64,000 bases of DNA. Source: Camelus dromedarius (lineage: Eukaryota). Shown piece after piece: positions 23,645-37,400 of this stretch; within the stretch, counting starts at the first letter, position 1; each line of letters opens with the position of its first letter. A program made the translations under genes and the position numbers. Below the pieces are notes generated by a model, which did no database searches, had not been told where the DNA came from, and was given only the letters and a program-made list of their open reading frames with translations. The stretch lies in NCBI RefSeq assembly GCF_036321535.1, contig NC_087437.1:44022001-44086000 (forward strand), read 5' to 3'.

Positions 23645-26600
23645 ATCTAATTCATCAACAAGGAACTTGTATCCTTCCCAGCTCAGAAATCATCTGTATC
23701 CTCTATAGTAGTAGCACTATGTGCCAAACTTGGAGTTAGGAGCTGTGGGGAATATGTAAGGAATGCCAATCTGATTTTCCACTCTTCTCCTGAAAATTAG
23801 AGTTCATAGTAGCACAATGTTGGAAAGATTAGAGAGAAATTACATGCCTTAGTTGGAATAGATTTCATGACAGAGGTGAATCTTGGCGGATGAGTAGAAA
23901 AGTAGACAAAAGAAAGCAAAATAAATGTCTTAGGAAGACCAGCACTAGAAAAGACAAGAGGGGCTGCTCAGAGTGTTTTTCCAACAGGCTGTGAAGAGAT
24001 CTGTGATGTGGAAAATACTGGAAATGTTGAGAGTCACAGATGCCTTTTAACTAACAATACTGGTATTGTGCCAATAATACATTATTGGCACAGTGATCGG
24101 TCCTGGGGGCACAGCTAACCAAGACATAGTCCTTGCTTTCAAGAATCCCAGATGTAGATCAAGATATTAAAAAATCTGGAAGCTGTATACAGGATTTGAA
24201 GTTTATATGCTTGCCTCATGGTGGGCTTTTGATGGATGTTAAACTGAAAATGAAATTTGTGTGATTGACAACAGGGAATTTTTGTTAGTTCTTGATCAAT
24301 AAAGTGGGTCAAGAAAATCATTTTAGGAAAAGTCACCCTCCATAAGCTAGCAAATTGATAACAATATACAAGAATGGTTTATTAATGATATTACATTCAT
24401 CCCACAGAAACTTTGCTACATTGGAAAATTGTGTTGGGGCATTCTTTTGGTTTTTTTTGTTTGTTTGTTTGTTTGTTTTTATATACTGTGACTAAGAAAA
24501 TCCAACATTAGTGTATTGATGTTTTTAATCAAGCCATCATCAGAATCAAAGACAATTTTCTAAAGAGTTGTACCATTTTGTCTTTCTGATATAAATTTAT
24601 ACCATTTATAGAGAAAAATTCTCCATAAACAAGTAGGGATTTTTATTTTTGAGATTTTATTCCCAAAGCATTGAATATAGGGTTTGAATGAAGTCTATTG
24701 TCAAATAAAATGTCTAGTGGGAACTGATGGTAGATATTTTTATGAGTATTTGAATGAGATAGTCTCTAAACTTCCATCTTGTTCCAGTATTCTGACTTTA
24801 GGTAATATTTGAAAAGTCCACAAGGAACTAATTCAGGCAAGCTTCCCTAAGAACCTGAGAAGATCACATCGTGAATAATGCACTTCAAAACATGACACTA
24901 GAGTTCATTTAGTAAATACAATCTTGAATTTGGTGTTAGAAGAAGCAAGGATTGATGGAAGGCATTATGTTAGACAAGATGACATATGACTTTTCAGCTA
25001 TCTAATTCTATACAGTTTAATTTTTAATCAAATACAGGAATGCAGATGGCAGCATGCCATTTTATCTAGTTAGATACCGAGAGAAAGGGTTAGAAGGAAA
25101 GTCCCTTGTGACTTAGATGTCCTGTGACTGGCAGCTTGAAGACCTAAGTTTCTGTGGACATGCCTACACCATGTCCTTTATGGCTTCTTCTTCATTTTCA
25201 GTGGTGAACGGTAGCAGAAGCCTACACTTGTACTAAGACAATGATTGATTTCTTGCACAACCTTGTCCGTGAACGGAATCTTGAGGTCCTTTTAAATAAA
25301 AGTTGAGAATCGAGTAGTGACCTTCAGTCCTCCCCATTTGACAACCCTTTTATTCCCCACAAATGAGCTATTCTAAAAGGTCCTGAACTGTATGTGTGAG
25401 TATGCATGTGTGTGTGCCTGTACTGATGATGTATGTCAGGAATCGTGATCCAAGGACTTTATTTGATAATAAATGGTTTCAGAAAGCTTATCATTCTTGC
25501 ATTAAACAAGTTAGGTTCCTCATATCAAGAAGCTCTGAAGTTTATGAGAAAAGAAAGGAGTTGGACGGGACTTCCAAAGTGGATGAATCTACAGAGTCTA
25601 TCCTAAGCAATTCTGAAAGCAGAAGGAATTTAAGATAAAAATGCAGAAATATTATTTTACTTCTTATTTTGGTAGTTGAGTACTTTATGACATTATTTTC
25701 TATCATATAAAGCTTAAGAGAGATGAGAAATTTTCAAATGAGGAAGAAATAATTAAGAGAGCAAAGAGAAAGTAAACTAACTCAACAACAAAGAGCTGAG
25801 CTTTTTTAGCTTTAGTCACAAATTTATGCAATGCTGCAAGCTGACCTTGATTGAAGAAAATAATAGCTTATTTAGGGTGAATAATTTTAAAAGAAAGATA
25901 AAAACACAGTATAACTTTCTGATATCTTAATGCTAAGATAAAAATATAGAAATAAAGAGGGAAGTAAAAATAAGTAGTTCTATAATTATGGCATTATTGC
26001 TTAATATCACAGCTGCACATGAAATGTCAAATAACCAATCTTGGCTGTAAAAGATATAAAATAATAGGGAAAGGCTATCAATGTCCTGAAATAACACAGA
26101 ATATCATTCAATTATTGAGCACCTAGTACATGTCAGGAAATGTATAAGGTATGTTATGTACAATGTCTCTAAATCTCACAATAGTTCTTCATGGTCCCTG
26201 TTTTCATTCTTAAATTTAAAGTGATTGATATTTTAAAAGCTACAGGAATTACCCATGGTCACAAAGGTTTTTAATGAAGGAACCAGGTTTTCAGTCCTTG
26301 ATGTGCTCTTTCTACTACATGTTTTTCTTTTTGTTAACCCTTTCTTCCAACAGAGATAATGTCACTTGTATCCAATTTTGTGTCTTCTGCTGTATCTTTA
26401 TTGTATTTAACAGTGCATGCCACAAGATAAATACAATTAGTACCATTTAGACTAGATAAATTAAGGCAGAAATGTAAACACGTGTAAATGAGAGCAAGAG
26501 AGAAAAGTATTTCTGTGTCTGTGTATTTATCTGTTCCTGAAATAAAATGCTATACTTTAAAAAAATGTCTGTTTGTACATTCTTGACTTCCAAAAAAGAA

Positions 26601-27569
26601 TAGAATTTCAGGCTGTTTAACAACAACAAAAAAAGAACAGATAAAGTAACTTAACTAAAAAGCCTTAACTAAAAAATAAAATTCAGGCAGCAACTGATAA
26701 ATTATCTAATACAACTCCCAATTTAAATTGATCACCTCTGTTTTTTTGATTTATGAACAGGAAATGAGCTTTGACTGTTGGCACCTGGATGAAGAGCCCT
26801 GGGATCAGCTTGTCAGTGTCCTATAACCTGCAAAGACTCTCTGGTTGCACTAGGATCATTTGATTCAAGTAAGACCTAATTGCTTTAATTAGAATGCAAG
26901 ACTATTCTTGTATCAACTTTTAATAACGTGACTTAGCATACCTCTATAATGTGCCAATAGCTGCTAATTTTGAAAAAAGAACAGAATGTGAACATCATTC
27001 TGTGGCATAATCTTATATATTCCAATTTCTCTTCATCTTTTATTTCATGGACTTGAGCCCATTTTCTTTGGATGGTATTGTCTAAATACTTTAATTTCTG
27101 TGTGGCTATTGATACTGATATAATTCCTTGCCTTTGTGGTATCAATTGATTTTTATACAATTGTAAATTTAATTGTAAGTAATCAGATTAGTCTCTCTCT
27201 CTCTCTCTCTCTGGTTTAAGTTGACCCACTATTTTATTTTAAAATTATATCAGCGATGCAATTTGTGCCATAATACAGCATGGCTTTGCATTTCTTATTT
27301 ATTCCAAGTTTATACAGGTCTGATGACCTTTTGGAAAATCTGTCTGTATGTGGCCATGCATAGAATGTGAATTTCCATTTAGGCATTACAGTTTAAAGAC
27401 ACGTTTTAAAGACAGTTCTTCCTTGAGCATTCCTGTTTTGAGCAAATGATGCCCGTGTGTGATTGAAATGCGTTTTTTTCTGTAGAGCACTAGCTGTAAT
27501 CAATGTTTAAATGATGGTTCAGGCTTATTATGTATGAAATTTTACATGGCATGGATAGCAAAGGCCCAA

Positions 27570-27900
27570 GAGACAGCATGGAGCCAAGAACTAGGAAATC
27601 TGAGTGGACCCAACCTGGCCACAAACATACTTTAGGAACTTGGACAAAGCACTTAACCTTCTGAGTATTCCCTTGGTTTTGAATGAAATGAAGGGGTTAC
27701 ATTAAAAGGTGGCAAATTCTTTTGCCTTGAAGGTCAGACATATAATATATGAATTGCATGAGATAGCTGGGTGTGTGACAGTAGGGAATGGTGAACCTGT
27801 GGGGAAAGAGGCCATTCCCCTTCTAAAGCTATTCAGATTCAAGCATTTTAAAGCTGGACAAAGAAGCAAATTGTGTGAGGTGAGGAGGGGGAAGGAATGA
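27570..27900 (+). mobile_element. MIR fragment followed by a probable hAT-Charlie MITE fragment
   Basis: acttggacaaagcacttaaccttctgag (MIR core), then ggtggcaaat...gacagtagggaatggtg; degenerate. Confidence 0.45.
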
Positions 27901-30900
27901 ACTTGGCTATTGCATTGAATGCATTTCTAAGATCATTTCCAACTCAATATATGTTAGTAAAATTTTGTTACTCTGCAAAACACTTATAATATTGCCTAGC
28001 ATCTGTTGAATTCTGTGTGTGTGTTCCTATTTAAGTAATTAAGAATAACTAAGTAAAATAAAATTAAACAGCTTTGGGGTTGAATTTCCCTTTGAATTAT
28101 ACATTAGAATTGGAGGGAAAAGTGATTTTTGACCATTAAGTACTTAAATAATTCATCAGTTTAATGTTTTTTCTGAGGGTTTTTTTTTTCTTTAATTGAC
28201 CTAGAATGAGAACTTTGAACCTAGTACTATAACCTAAGAATAAAACCTATCCTTTAAATTATGGGTTAGCAGCTTCTCTCAGGTATTTTTTTAGGTATTT
28301 CTTTTCTCTCTTTTGGGTATTTTCACTAACAAATCATGTGAGCAGCTAAAGGAGAGTCATACCACCTGTTTGGGACTAGTTTTATGTTCCTTTAAGAAGT
28401 ACTTAAAAGTTCTAATTTCTTTTGATTAATATCCTAACTAATATTTTAAAACAAAGGTTATTCTATACGGAAAAATGACAGTTGTAGTTTAAATAAGTGT
28501 ATTTTCTAACATAATTTTCTGGCTCCACCAGTTTTGCTTTTTAAAATTGTTTTTCTTTTTACAGCAATGACATATATTTATTTCTTTTTATCATATTTTA
28601 CTGCTTTTAAACGTATATTTTAGTTGAGAAAATAAGTACATTTTATCAGATGGTAATGGTAATTAGGCTACAAGCCTAGTGGAAGATGGGAAGTAGGCCA
28701 AGTCAATATGCTCTGGGGTTTTATCTATTCCCTTCGGCTCAATTCAGATCAGAATTTATGTCTAAGAGGAAACTGAACCCATGACTGTAGGGAGCCATGT
28801 TAGTTATCCCAGTGATAAAGGGAGAATTAGAAAGAACTGGGATTTTTATGCCTTTACTTGGGCTTTCTCAACAGCTTCTTCATTATTTGCTACTTGAGTA
28901 GTTTATTTTTTAAATTTTTTAGTTCATGGTCACGTGCATTTGTAGAAGGATTCGAGTTACTTCAGGTATGATCAAGCTGAGAACGGGTGTATTGTGGGAG
29001 GCATGCTAGATCTTTCAGATAATTTTTCACTTGTTAGTAGAAAAGATACATAATTTTGAAATGATGTTTTAAGAGGCTTCCACTTTAGATGTTCTAATCC
29101 GACATGTTGCGATGCATTGTATTTTCTGTCCGTTTCTTTGATAACCAAGTCAAAACTGAAGTACATGGATATTAATGCCCAAACTGATCAGAACTGGTTA
29201 GAGCTGTTCCTTGGCTGACCCACTACATCTGACGTTAATAAAAACTATCAGTCCTTTTATCAAACATACATGATGTCCTCTGAAGCCTCCACATATCATG
29301 GAAAATAAAATTAACATATAAATGAAAATGTTAGGAGATATAAGGTGAGCTATACAGGGAGGTTTTCTAATGGTGTTATCTCATTGTCTTGTTTTATAGA
29401 GGCATTTTATAAAAAAAAAAAGAAAACAGTGTGGGTAACCATTTTCTTTATTCTCTTTAAGAAATAAATTCATATATGTTTATCTTCAATTCATTAGTAA
29501 TGCACAGAGTATATGGACAAAGTAAACATGTAGACAACAAACTCAGTCATTCCTGTAATATTTTTCTAGATTTTAGAGAACTGATGACAGAAATGTCTAA
29601 TCCATTGCTTAGATCACTGATTCTCAACATGAAAATAAATAATGGAAGCTTCTAAATTGAGATAGTTAAAAGGGTACATACCTTTCTTGTATGTACACCT
29701 CATCAGTGGCTCTAAAACTGAGAACCACTTCAGATTTGAATTCCCCTCATGTTATGAAAGATGCTCTGATGTACACTTAACATAAGTTTACCTTTAACAT
29801 TTGACCTTTGTTGGTCATGGCTTTTAACTGAAGTGCTTAATTAAAATAAAAATGCCACTGTTTTTAATAACCTAGAAAGAATGGGTATGGATTAAATGCT
29901 TTTTGAAAACATGACAGTGGGTCTAAGAACACAGGAGCTCCTGTGTGAATATTACAGTTGTTTGAAAATTTTTATGAAATATTCTTATTATCAAAATCTA
30001 CGGTTTAATGATGCAGTAAAGTTGGGATGTTCACAAAGAAACCAGAATAATAACAGTAAAAATTTAACCATAGTTTAGTGCACTCTAACCAAAATTTTCT
30101 GGTCAATTAGATTTGATTGTGTTGAACAATGACAAACTACAAAGGTAATTAGAAATCACGTATTAGTGAGTGGCTGGATGCTGGAGTCTGTTCAAGGCAT
30201 TTTATTCTGCCTGAGGTTTACCACCCCTTCCTGGGGCTCTTTAAACCACAGCAGATGCAATTATCATAATTTTTATTTTTCTTGAGAAGATTCCCACTAA
30301 ACTGTTTAATAAATGTGATTTGTCCCGGAATTTACTCTGCATTTTATTTTCCTGAAGAGGCAGGCTTTCCTTAGGGTATGAGACTAATAAAAAAAATTAG
30401 GGTAATTAGATGATCTAACAGAGAATTTCAATGGAAAAATAAAATCTAGTGTTATAAACAGTCTTGTAACAGTCAGAGGCTGTGCATTTCTATCCCAGTG
30501 GATTGAAATAGGGTCTTGTTGATATTCCAAGTCCCATACAAGTGAAGAAGAAGAGCACTGATGGCAGAAGTCTTGAGGAACTTTTATAATCTGTCCTTGA
30601 GTACCCCCACACTTCCAGTGTAATTTTGTTGAGACATTGGATTCTTTGGTTGATCTACTCAGTGAGATTAACTTGTTAGGAAAAGACTAATAGTCTATTT
30701 CTTTTAAAGTTCATTTTAAAAAAATCATTGAAATATTTTTGGTTTTGTGCTCTGTCATGCACTTAACTTATATAAAATCCATAAAATAATTTAACCATAA
30801 TAAATATTTAAGTTTCATTGTACCACTTATGGTAAAATGGTAATTTTTGTATTATTAGAATCTATCCTTGAAGTTGAAATTATACTAAATTATTTTTTAT

Positions 30901-33481
30901 GTTTTCTTTAAAAATATTATATTTCTCTCAGAAGACAATTTTGAAATAATTCCCTTTCTACAAAAATGAAAGAACAACATTCAGATAGGGAATAAACAGT
31001 CAGCCATTAGGGCAAAGTGATGTTTTAAAGGGGAATAACCCCAACTCATTAACTTTAACTTTGTACAGATAAATCAATTGTTAGATATCTCTTGCCTGAT
31101 TCTGTAAGTTTTTTGAAGATTTTCACATACAGTTTTTCATATAAATTTCAAAAATATCAACTTTTAACCATATTAATCAGTTTGGCAGCAATTCATTTAG
31201 TACTTGATGCTGAAAATTATCTTTACACAAGTGGCTTTATTTCCTTATATAACTGAAATACATCTGTAACATTTCCTTGCAAATTTGACATATGGTCTCC
31301 TGTTAATTAGCATGGTATGAATTTCATACTTGTGTGTATATGAAGTGCTTTCTTGTCCTTGAATATTTTTTTATATTTGTCTTTCCAAGAGAATTATTTC
31401 TAGAATTTATTTTTTTAAGCTAAATCTCCACCTTTTAAATAAAAGCTTGTTAGTACTGCTGCAAAACTCATACTCTTATTTCTTTCACTCTTTTATATAT
31501 AAAATATTTCCATTGTAATATGTTAATATTACAAAAAAGACTCTCTAAAACTTTTCAGAGGCAGTTTCATACAAATATTAATGGTAAGCCTGTTGTATGC
31601 AGACACTGTATTGGGTACCGGAGGAGCAAAGGTAATTATGCTGTACTACTTCCCCTTCACTCTTTAGTGAGGATACAAATAATTACGATGTAGTGTGATA
31701 TTGTAATATGAGCCTGTAAAAATTAGCACAAAGTTGGGAGCAATTTATTTTTTTAATTCCCAGATACTTATTTCCACCCAGATCAATCTTTTTGACTTCA
31801 GGTCCAAATATTAGGATAATCAACTTTTTACAGAGCCAACCTCTCATTCTATGCCTGTCCAAAACAACCAGTATAACATAATGTAACAAACATAATATAA
31901 TTATATGCATGTGTATCATTACTTTAACATTAACATATGAAAATAGACATTTGAAATTGCGTATTATTACTTATAATTTACTTTTCTGTTATATAGTTGC
32001 TAGTAAACAAAATTGTAGAATAGTTAAAATGGCAATTAGTAATTAACAGAACTAATTAAATAAATAATATGTATAAAAACGTAGCACTATTTTATAATGT
32101 TTCATTTTATCCTCTGATATAGCAAATTATTTTAACTATTTTTAAACTTTTATTTGATATTTAAATTTTATAGGCTGTATTATGAATCTTTAAGATAAAT
32201 AAATTTGAGATTATAAATGGAGAATTAAAAGCAGAAGAACTAAGTAAGCACATACTACTTACGTTTAATACAGAATAACAATGGTATATGTTCTTTCTGT
32301 CCCACAATACAGTAAGGAGGTTTTTTACTTTTTCTGTTTCCTTTTCCAGTAATGCTTCTCTGAACTGCCTGCAGCCTTTCGGTCACCCTTCTTTTAAGTC
32401 ATTTAGTAAAACTGAATATAGTCACATGTAAAATTGACTTTGATTTGGAGCTCTGCTCTTATCAAGGCCTCTTCACACTAATTCCTGTTAGCCCAGCGTG
32501 AGAGTCCCAAGCTAAATAGCCACTCAACAGAATCATTTGATTACTTAAGATTTTACTCCCTTGCAGCAGCAGGTGTTTAAATCTGTCAGAAATAGATTCC
32601 AGATCTATCTCTCCACTTTGTATCCATGGGCTTGTTTCGGTGGACAAGCTGTTTGTCAACCAGGTCTTTTGCTTCTATAAATTTATGGGATAGTCTAACC
32701 CTGTTGAAAATCACTATCATTTTTAAAAACTTCAGAGCACTTTATATGGTACCATAAGTTAAATTTTTCTTTCTCAAGGATAGTGGTTTTAAAGTACAAC
32801 GATCATTTGAACTTACCAAATCAAAACTGGATTCCAAATAAATTACAGTTTTAGTTAAAAAATAAGAAAATCCTCTTTAACTTTCTGATTTTTTTTAGAG
32901 TTCTGAAGTAGTCTGAGTTTTTCCTCAACCTAAATATCAAACAGCTTAGGTGCAGTCAGTTCATTTCTCTCTACATTCCTAATGGCCAAAGTTCATTAAA
33001 CAGATTTAGAGAAATAGCCTATATGTGTCTATTTTATTTTATTATTTGTTTTTCCCTTCCTTCATTGTCATCCTCAATATATTTCCGAATTAGAGAAGAT
33101 CATTATTCTTGTCCCTTACTTTGGAAATGAATTTATGGCAGACTAACATTTTGACACTTTATGTGTGGCCAGTAACAAAGATAGTCATTTGTAGCCTCTA
33201 AGGAAGATATATTTTTCCATTTCTATAAACTCCAAAGTCTCATTAACTACTTCTGCACTTTGAGGAAACTGAAAAATGATCACAAAGCTTTTATTATGAA
33301 AACCTCAATTTCACAAGTAGGTACAACACACCCCTTTTAGCAGTAGTGCATGTGTATGAGGTATGCAGGATACTTAAGCAGGTAATAGTTTTGCATTTTC
33401 TTTGGTCAGAAGTTTATAGGCTGATTGAGTTTTGTCAAAATTTACATTCACACTATCTGCCAAGTAATGCAGATATATGAG

Positions 33482-34001
33482 TGTGATAGGCAGAATGATG
33501 GCCTCACAAGAGGTCCATGTCCTAATCCCTGGAATGTGTGAATATGTTATATTACAAGAGAAAATGGATTAAGGTAACAGATGGCATTAAGGTTGCTAAT
33601 CAACTTATCTTCAAGATAGAAGGAATATACTTGAATATCCAAGTGGCGCAGTGTAATAACAAGGGCCTTTAAATGTGGAGGAGGGAGGCAGAGGAGTCAG
33701 TGTCAGAGTGACGTGATGCATGAGGCTCAGCCAGCCATTGGTTATTTTGAAAATGTGATCACCAAAGAACGGAGGTGATCTCTAGAAGCAGGAAAAGACA
33801 AGAAACCATTCTTCCCTAAAGTTTCTAGAAAGGTAAAACTATGCCAGTACTTTGCTTTTTTAGCCCTTGATGCCTTGATTTTAACCCAGTGAGACCCATC
33901 TCAGAATCCTGACCTCCAGAACTGTGGGATAATACATTTGTATTGTTCTATGCTATTATGTTTGTGGTAACTCGTTATAGCAGCAATAGGAAACGGATAC
34001 A
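33482..34001 (+). mobile_element. MLT1D-like MaLR solo LTR
   Basis: tgtgataggcagaatgatggcc...gtccatgtcctaatccctggaa...gcagcaataggaaacggataca; 5-bp TSD atgag/atggg. Confidence 0.9.
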
Positions 34002-34111
34002 ATGGGCAAAGTCTAGTTTTTATTTGGACAAGGTACCAGCATTCTTTATTTTTTCTGTGGTTTCATAATACCCTTATAAAAATCTAGAAGATGATGTGAA
34101 ACTCCATTTTT

Positions 34112-34221
34112 CAGTAGGTATTCTGTGAGGATTATTCCACATGAAGATGTATTTTTGATCTGTTTGTGGGAGGATGCGAGCTCTATGGCCTTTTATTCTG
34201 CCATCTCAATCTCCACCCCTC
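34112..34221 (-). mobile_element. Isolated L1 5'-end fragment (about 110 bp) without L1 3' end
   Basis: Minus strand gagatggcagaataaaaggccatagagctcgcatcctcccacaaacagatcaaaaatacatc...acagaatacctactg, homologous to 15770-15870. Flanking aaactccattttt (34099-34111) / aaatttcattttt (34222-34234). Confidence 0.75.
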
Positions 34222-35810
34222 AAATTTCATTTTTCAAATCAAAGCACCTAAGAACTATAGGGAATTTTTTTTGTCATTGCTGATGTGATTCAATGCCTCG
34301 CTTGATACACTCTAAGAAGCAGTGATTGTTAGTAAGGTCTGACTGAAAAAAAATCAGGTCTGTGTCACAATAAGCCAGCACATCCATTATCAAAATTTCT
34401 CCTTTTGTTTGCCTATATGGTTGCAAACACTGAATCAGGAAATGTAGGTATTCTTTTTGATAGAATAATCAAGTAGATGGTAAGATGACTGTTTATTCTT
34501 ATGATAGGCCCACAGACTAATACAGTGACTATTTTTGACTGAACATTGGTGTCTTTTGGGGAGATGAAAAAACACGTGACTGATTTAGAAATACTGGCTT
34601 GTTAAATCTAGGACTTACAAAATTTAGACTACCTGTGTGCTTTCATATCCCCATTTCCACTATGCTCAATCCCAAATTCCTCTCTGCCTATTGTACAGAA
34701 TGCTCTGTCTTGGTTACTTACCTCTCTAATCCAGTTGTATGTGTCCTTCTGTCTCTCAGTAAAGTATTGCAATTGTTGGATTATGCCAACACTGGTATTA
34801 TAATAATTCTCGTTTTGTTATCTGGACTCTTAGAAAATGTGGTCACAGTATTCAAGTGTTAAAATTAAATCAGCATTACCTCAATACAAAGTACATAGTT
34901 AATCCACAGGCAAAGTAAAAGATGACTGTTAATGGTCATGATTACATTGCAAAGATAAGTACCATCACTCAGAGTGGCATAATAGTGGATGTTCCATGGT
35001 TGGGGGAAAATCAGTGGTTGGGGGAAAAAATGTGACAGTAACTACTGAAATTGGGTCATCTATGCCATATCCATTTGAACTATTTTAAATAGAGTATTAC
35101 TTTTAGGGTCATTTTTTTTTTGGCTACCATATAGGTTTTGTTTGTACTTTCCTCTAACCTCTTGTACCTACCCATTGCTAAAAACCAGGATATTTTACAT
35201 CCTGAGGATGGGTTTCCCAGGATATGGGAGGTTTAGTGCTCAAATCTAAATAGTATCAGGCAAACCTGAATCACTCTGAGACCAGTAGATAGCTTTAGAT
35301 ATGATTGGGTAGTCAACATATCTAAAACATAGTCTTGTCTCCTGTAGATATGCTTACAATAGATTTTCTCTTGGTGTCTTACACTAAATTGATCAAACCA
35401 GATACATAGCAATCATCATATTATATCTCTTTACCCCCCTTTCAGTAGTTCACTAAGTCCTAAAACATATTATAAATTATTTTTTATTTTATTTTATGAA
35501 TATAGAATGCCTTCTCCAGTTCCAAAAATTATAAATATTAAAAATGGACAGATAAACTTTGTCTCCTTTCCACCTTGTACCCAGTCTTTCCAGTTTCCAC
35601 TCAAGCTAAAGCAGTAATCACTGTGATTAGTTCCATATGCATCTTTATGAATATACATACAAAGACAGATACTGTTTTTTTTTTTTCTGTCTCCTTTGGC
35701 AACAATCACTGTCATTTGAAAAAGAGGAGAATCGGCATCATATAGATGTCAGAGGTCCTTAACAATTCTTAAAAGCATCTGGGTAAGTATTTCTCAACTT
35801 ACTACCTTGA

Positions 35811-35847
35811 GGGTAAAAAAAAAAAGAAGAAGAAGAAGAAAAAAAAC
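35811..35847 (+). mobile_element. Near-solo poly(A)/(AAG)n insertion with TSD
   Basis: actaccttga at 35801-35810 and 35848-35857 flank gggt plus an A-rich tract. Confidence 0.7.
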
Positions 35848-36269
35848 ACTACCTTGAATTTAAATCCTGGCTGGTTCTACTCTTTGGGGAGAGCTCCCCA
35901 GTTTCTGTGCTCCATGGATTTTGGATTTTGGCTTTACTTTCTGGAATGATCTTTCATTTCCATTGTCCTCCATAGTTATGGAAAAAAAGAGTTGAAAAAT
36001 ATTCACTTATTGGTGGCTGAGCAGCTTTCTTAGCCTGCTTCCTCCCAACAGGAAGTTGGAAGCTTACAGGTCGCTATATGTCTTATCTAGTCACAGGTCT
36101 CTTTGCAAATGCAACTGTCTCAAAACCTCTTTTCTCCCCAAGTGTGTTTGATTCCAGTCAACTGTATATGCCAGAAGCCAGTTCAGTCTCTTGGATATTC
36201 TATGCATGTAATTATATTTTTAGGTTATCTGCAGTTAGTAATAGTCTTCTCTCGTCCATTCCATTACAT

Positions 36270-37400
36270 ATTTATAATTTCTCTTTCTATTTAATTTTCT
36301 TGGCTAGTTTTTCCAGTTCAATGTTAAGTAATACTGATGATTGGGAGCTCTGTCTTGTTTCTGAATTTGTTGGTAATGCTTCTAGTGTTGCCCTATTAAG
36401 CAAGACAGTAACTTTCAGGCTAAGCTAGTACATTTTATCATACAAAGTAAATTCTCATCTGTTCCATTTTATTGAGTATTTTAATCCAAAATGGCTACTG
36501 AATTTTGACAAATGGCCTTTCAGCCATTTATACAAAGAGATTAAAATACTTTTCTGAGATCTATTAATATTACTGTAAGAAATTATTAATAGATTTCATA
36601 ATATTAAAAATTCTTAGATTCTTGGAATAAACCTCACATAGTCATTATGTTATGATTACTTTTGTGTACACTTGAATTATATTTGATAATAACATTGGAT
36701 TTAGGCTTTTGGCTTTGATACTCATTAAGTGATATTGACTTAGTTCCTATGTGGGCATATATAATCTTTGTTGGACCACGATGTTTTCTTTCATTAACCT
36801 ATTCTCTGAAGAGATTTTAGGAACATTGAAATTGTTTGATCTTAAAGATGTTTTAACATTTCCTGATGAAGCCATCTGAGACTACTGCTTTTTGGTTCAT
36901 ATATTGACAAATTTTGCATTTCTTCTATATAAATCAGTCTTTAGATTTTCTATCTCTTCAGAAGTCGTTTTGGCAAATTTTATTATCTTAAAAATTATCC
37001 ATTTTATCTACATTTTCAAATTTCTTTCTATAGTGTTTATCAACATAGTCTATTGTGATTCATTTAGATTCATTCTGATTGTGATTATCTTTTATCATTT
37101 ATCATTTGTTTTTGTGTGTTTATACTTTATCACTTTTTTTTAAAAAGTTAGGCTCACCAGTGATTCTTTTTCTTTTCAAATAATCAGGTTTTGAATTTAT
37201 TTATTCATTCTACTATGTTTTTAGTTTTCTTATTATCCACTTTTTTCTTCATTAATCTGTTCTACTTTGCTTCAGTATAATCTGACATTTCTTTTCTAAT
37301 TCTTAAAGTAGACTTTAGGTATATTTTATTTTTTTTTTTAATGGATAAAAGACTTCAGAATAATAATTCTCCCCTGAGCAATGTGTTTAACTTTTAAGAA
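36270..37400 (-). mobile_element. Highly diverged old L1M ORF2 fragment
   Basis: Antisense L1-like text (ttccagttcaatgttaagta; gtcttgtttctgaatt; ctgaattttgacaaatggcctttcagc; ttcttggaataaacctcac). Confidence 0.7.

Noticed and set aside
25205..25306. Protein-like stretch MIDFLHNLVRERNLEVLLNKS with retained CpGs
   Set aside because: Short, bounded by stops, no convincing splice pair and no recognisable homology.
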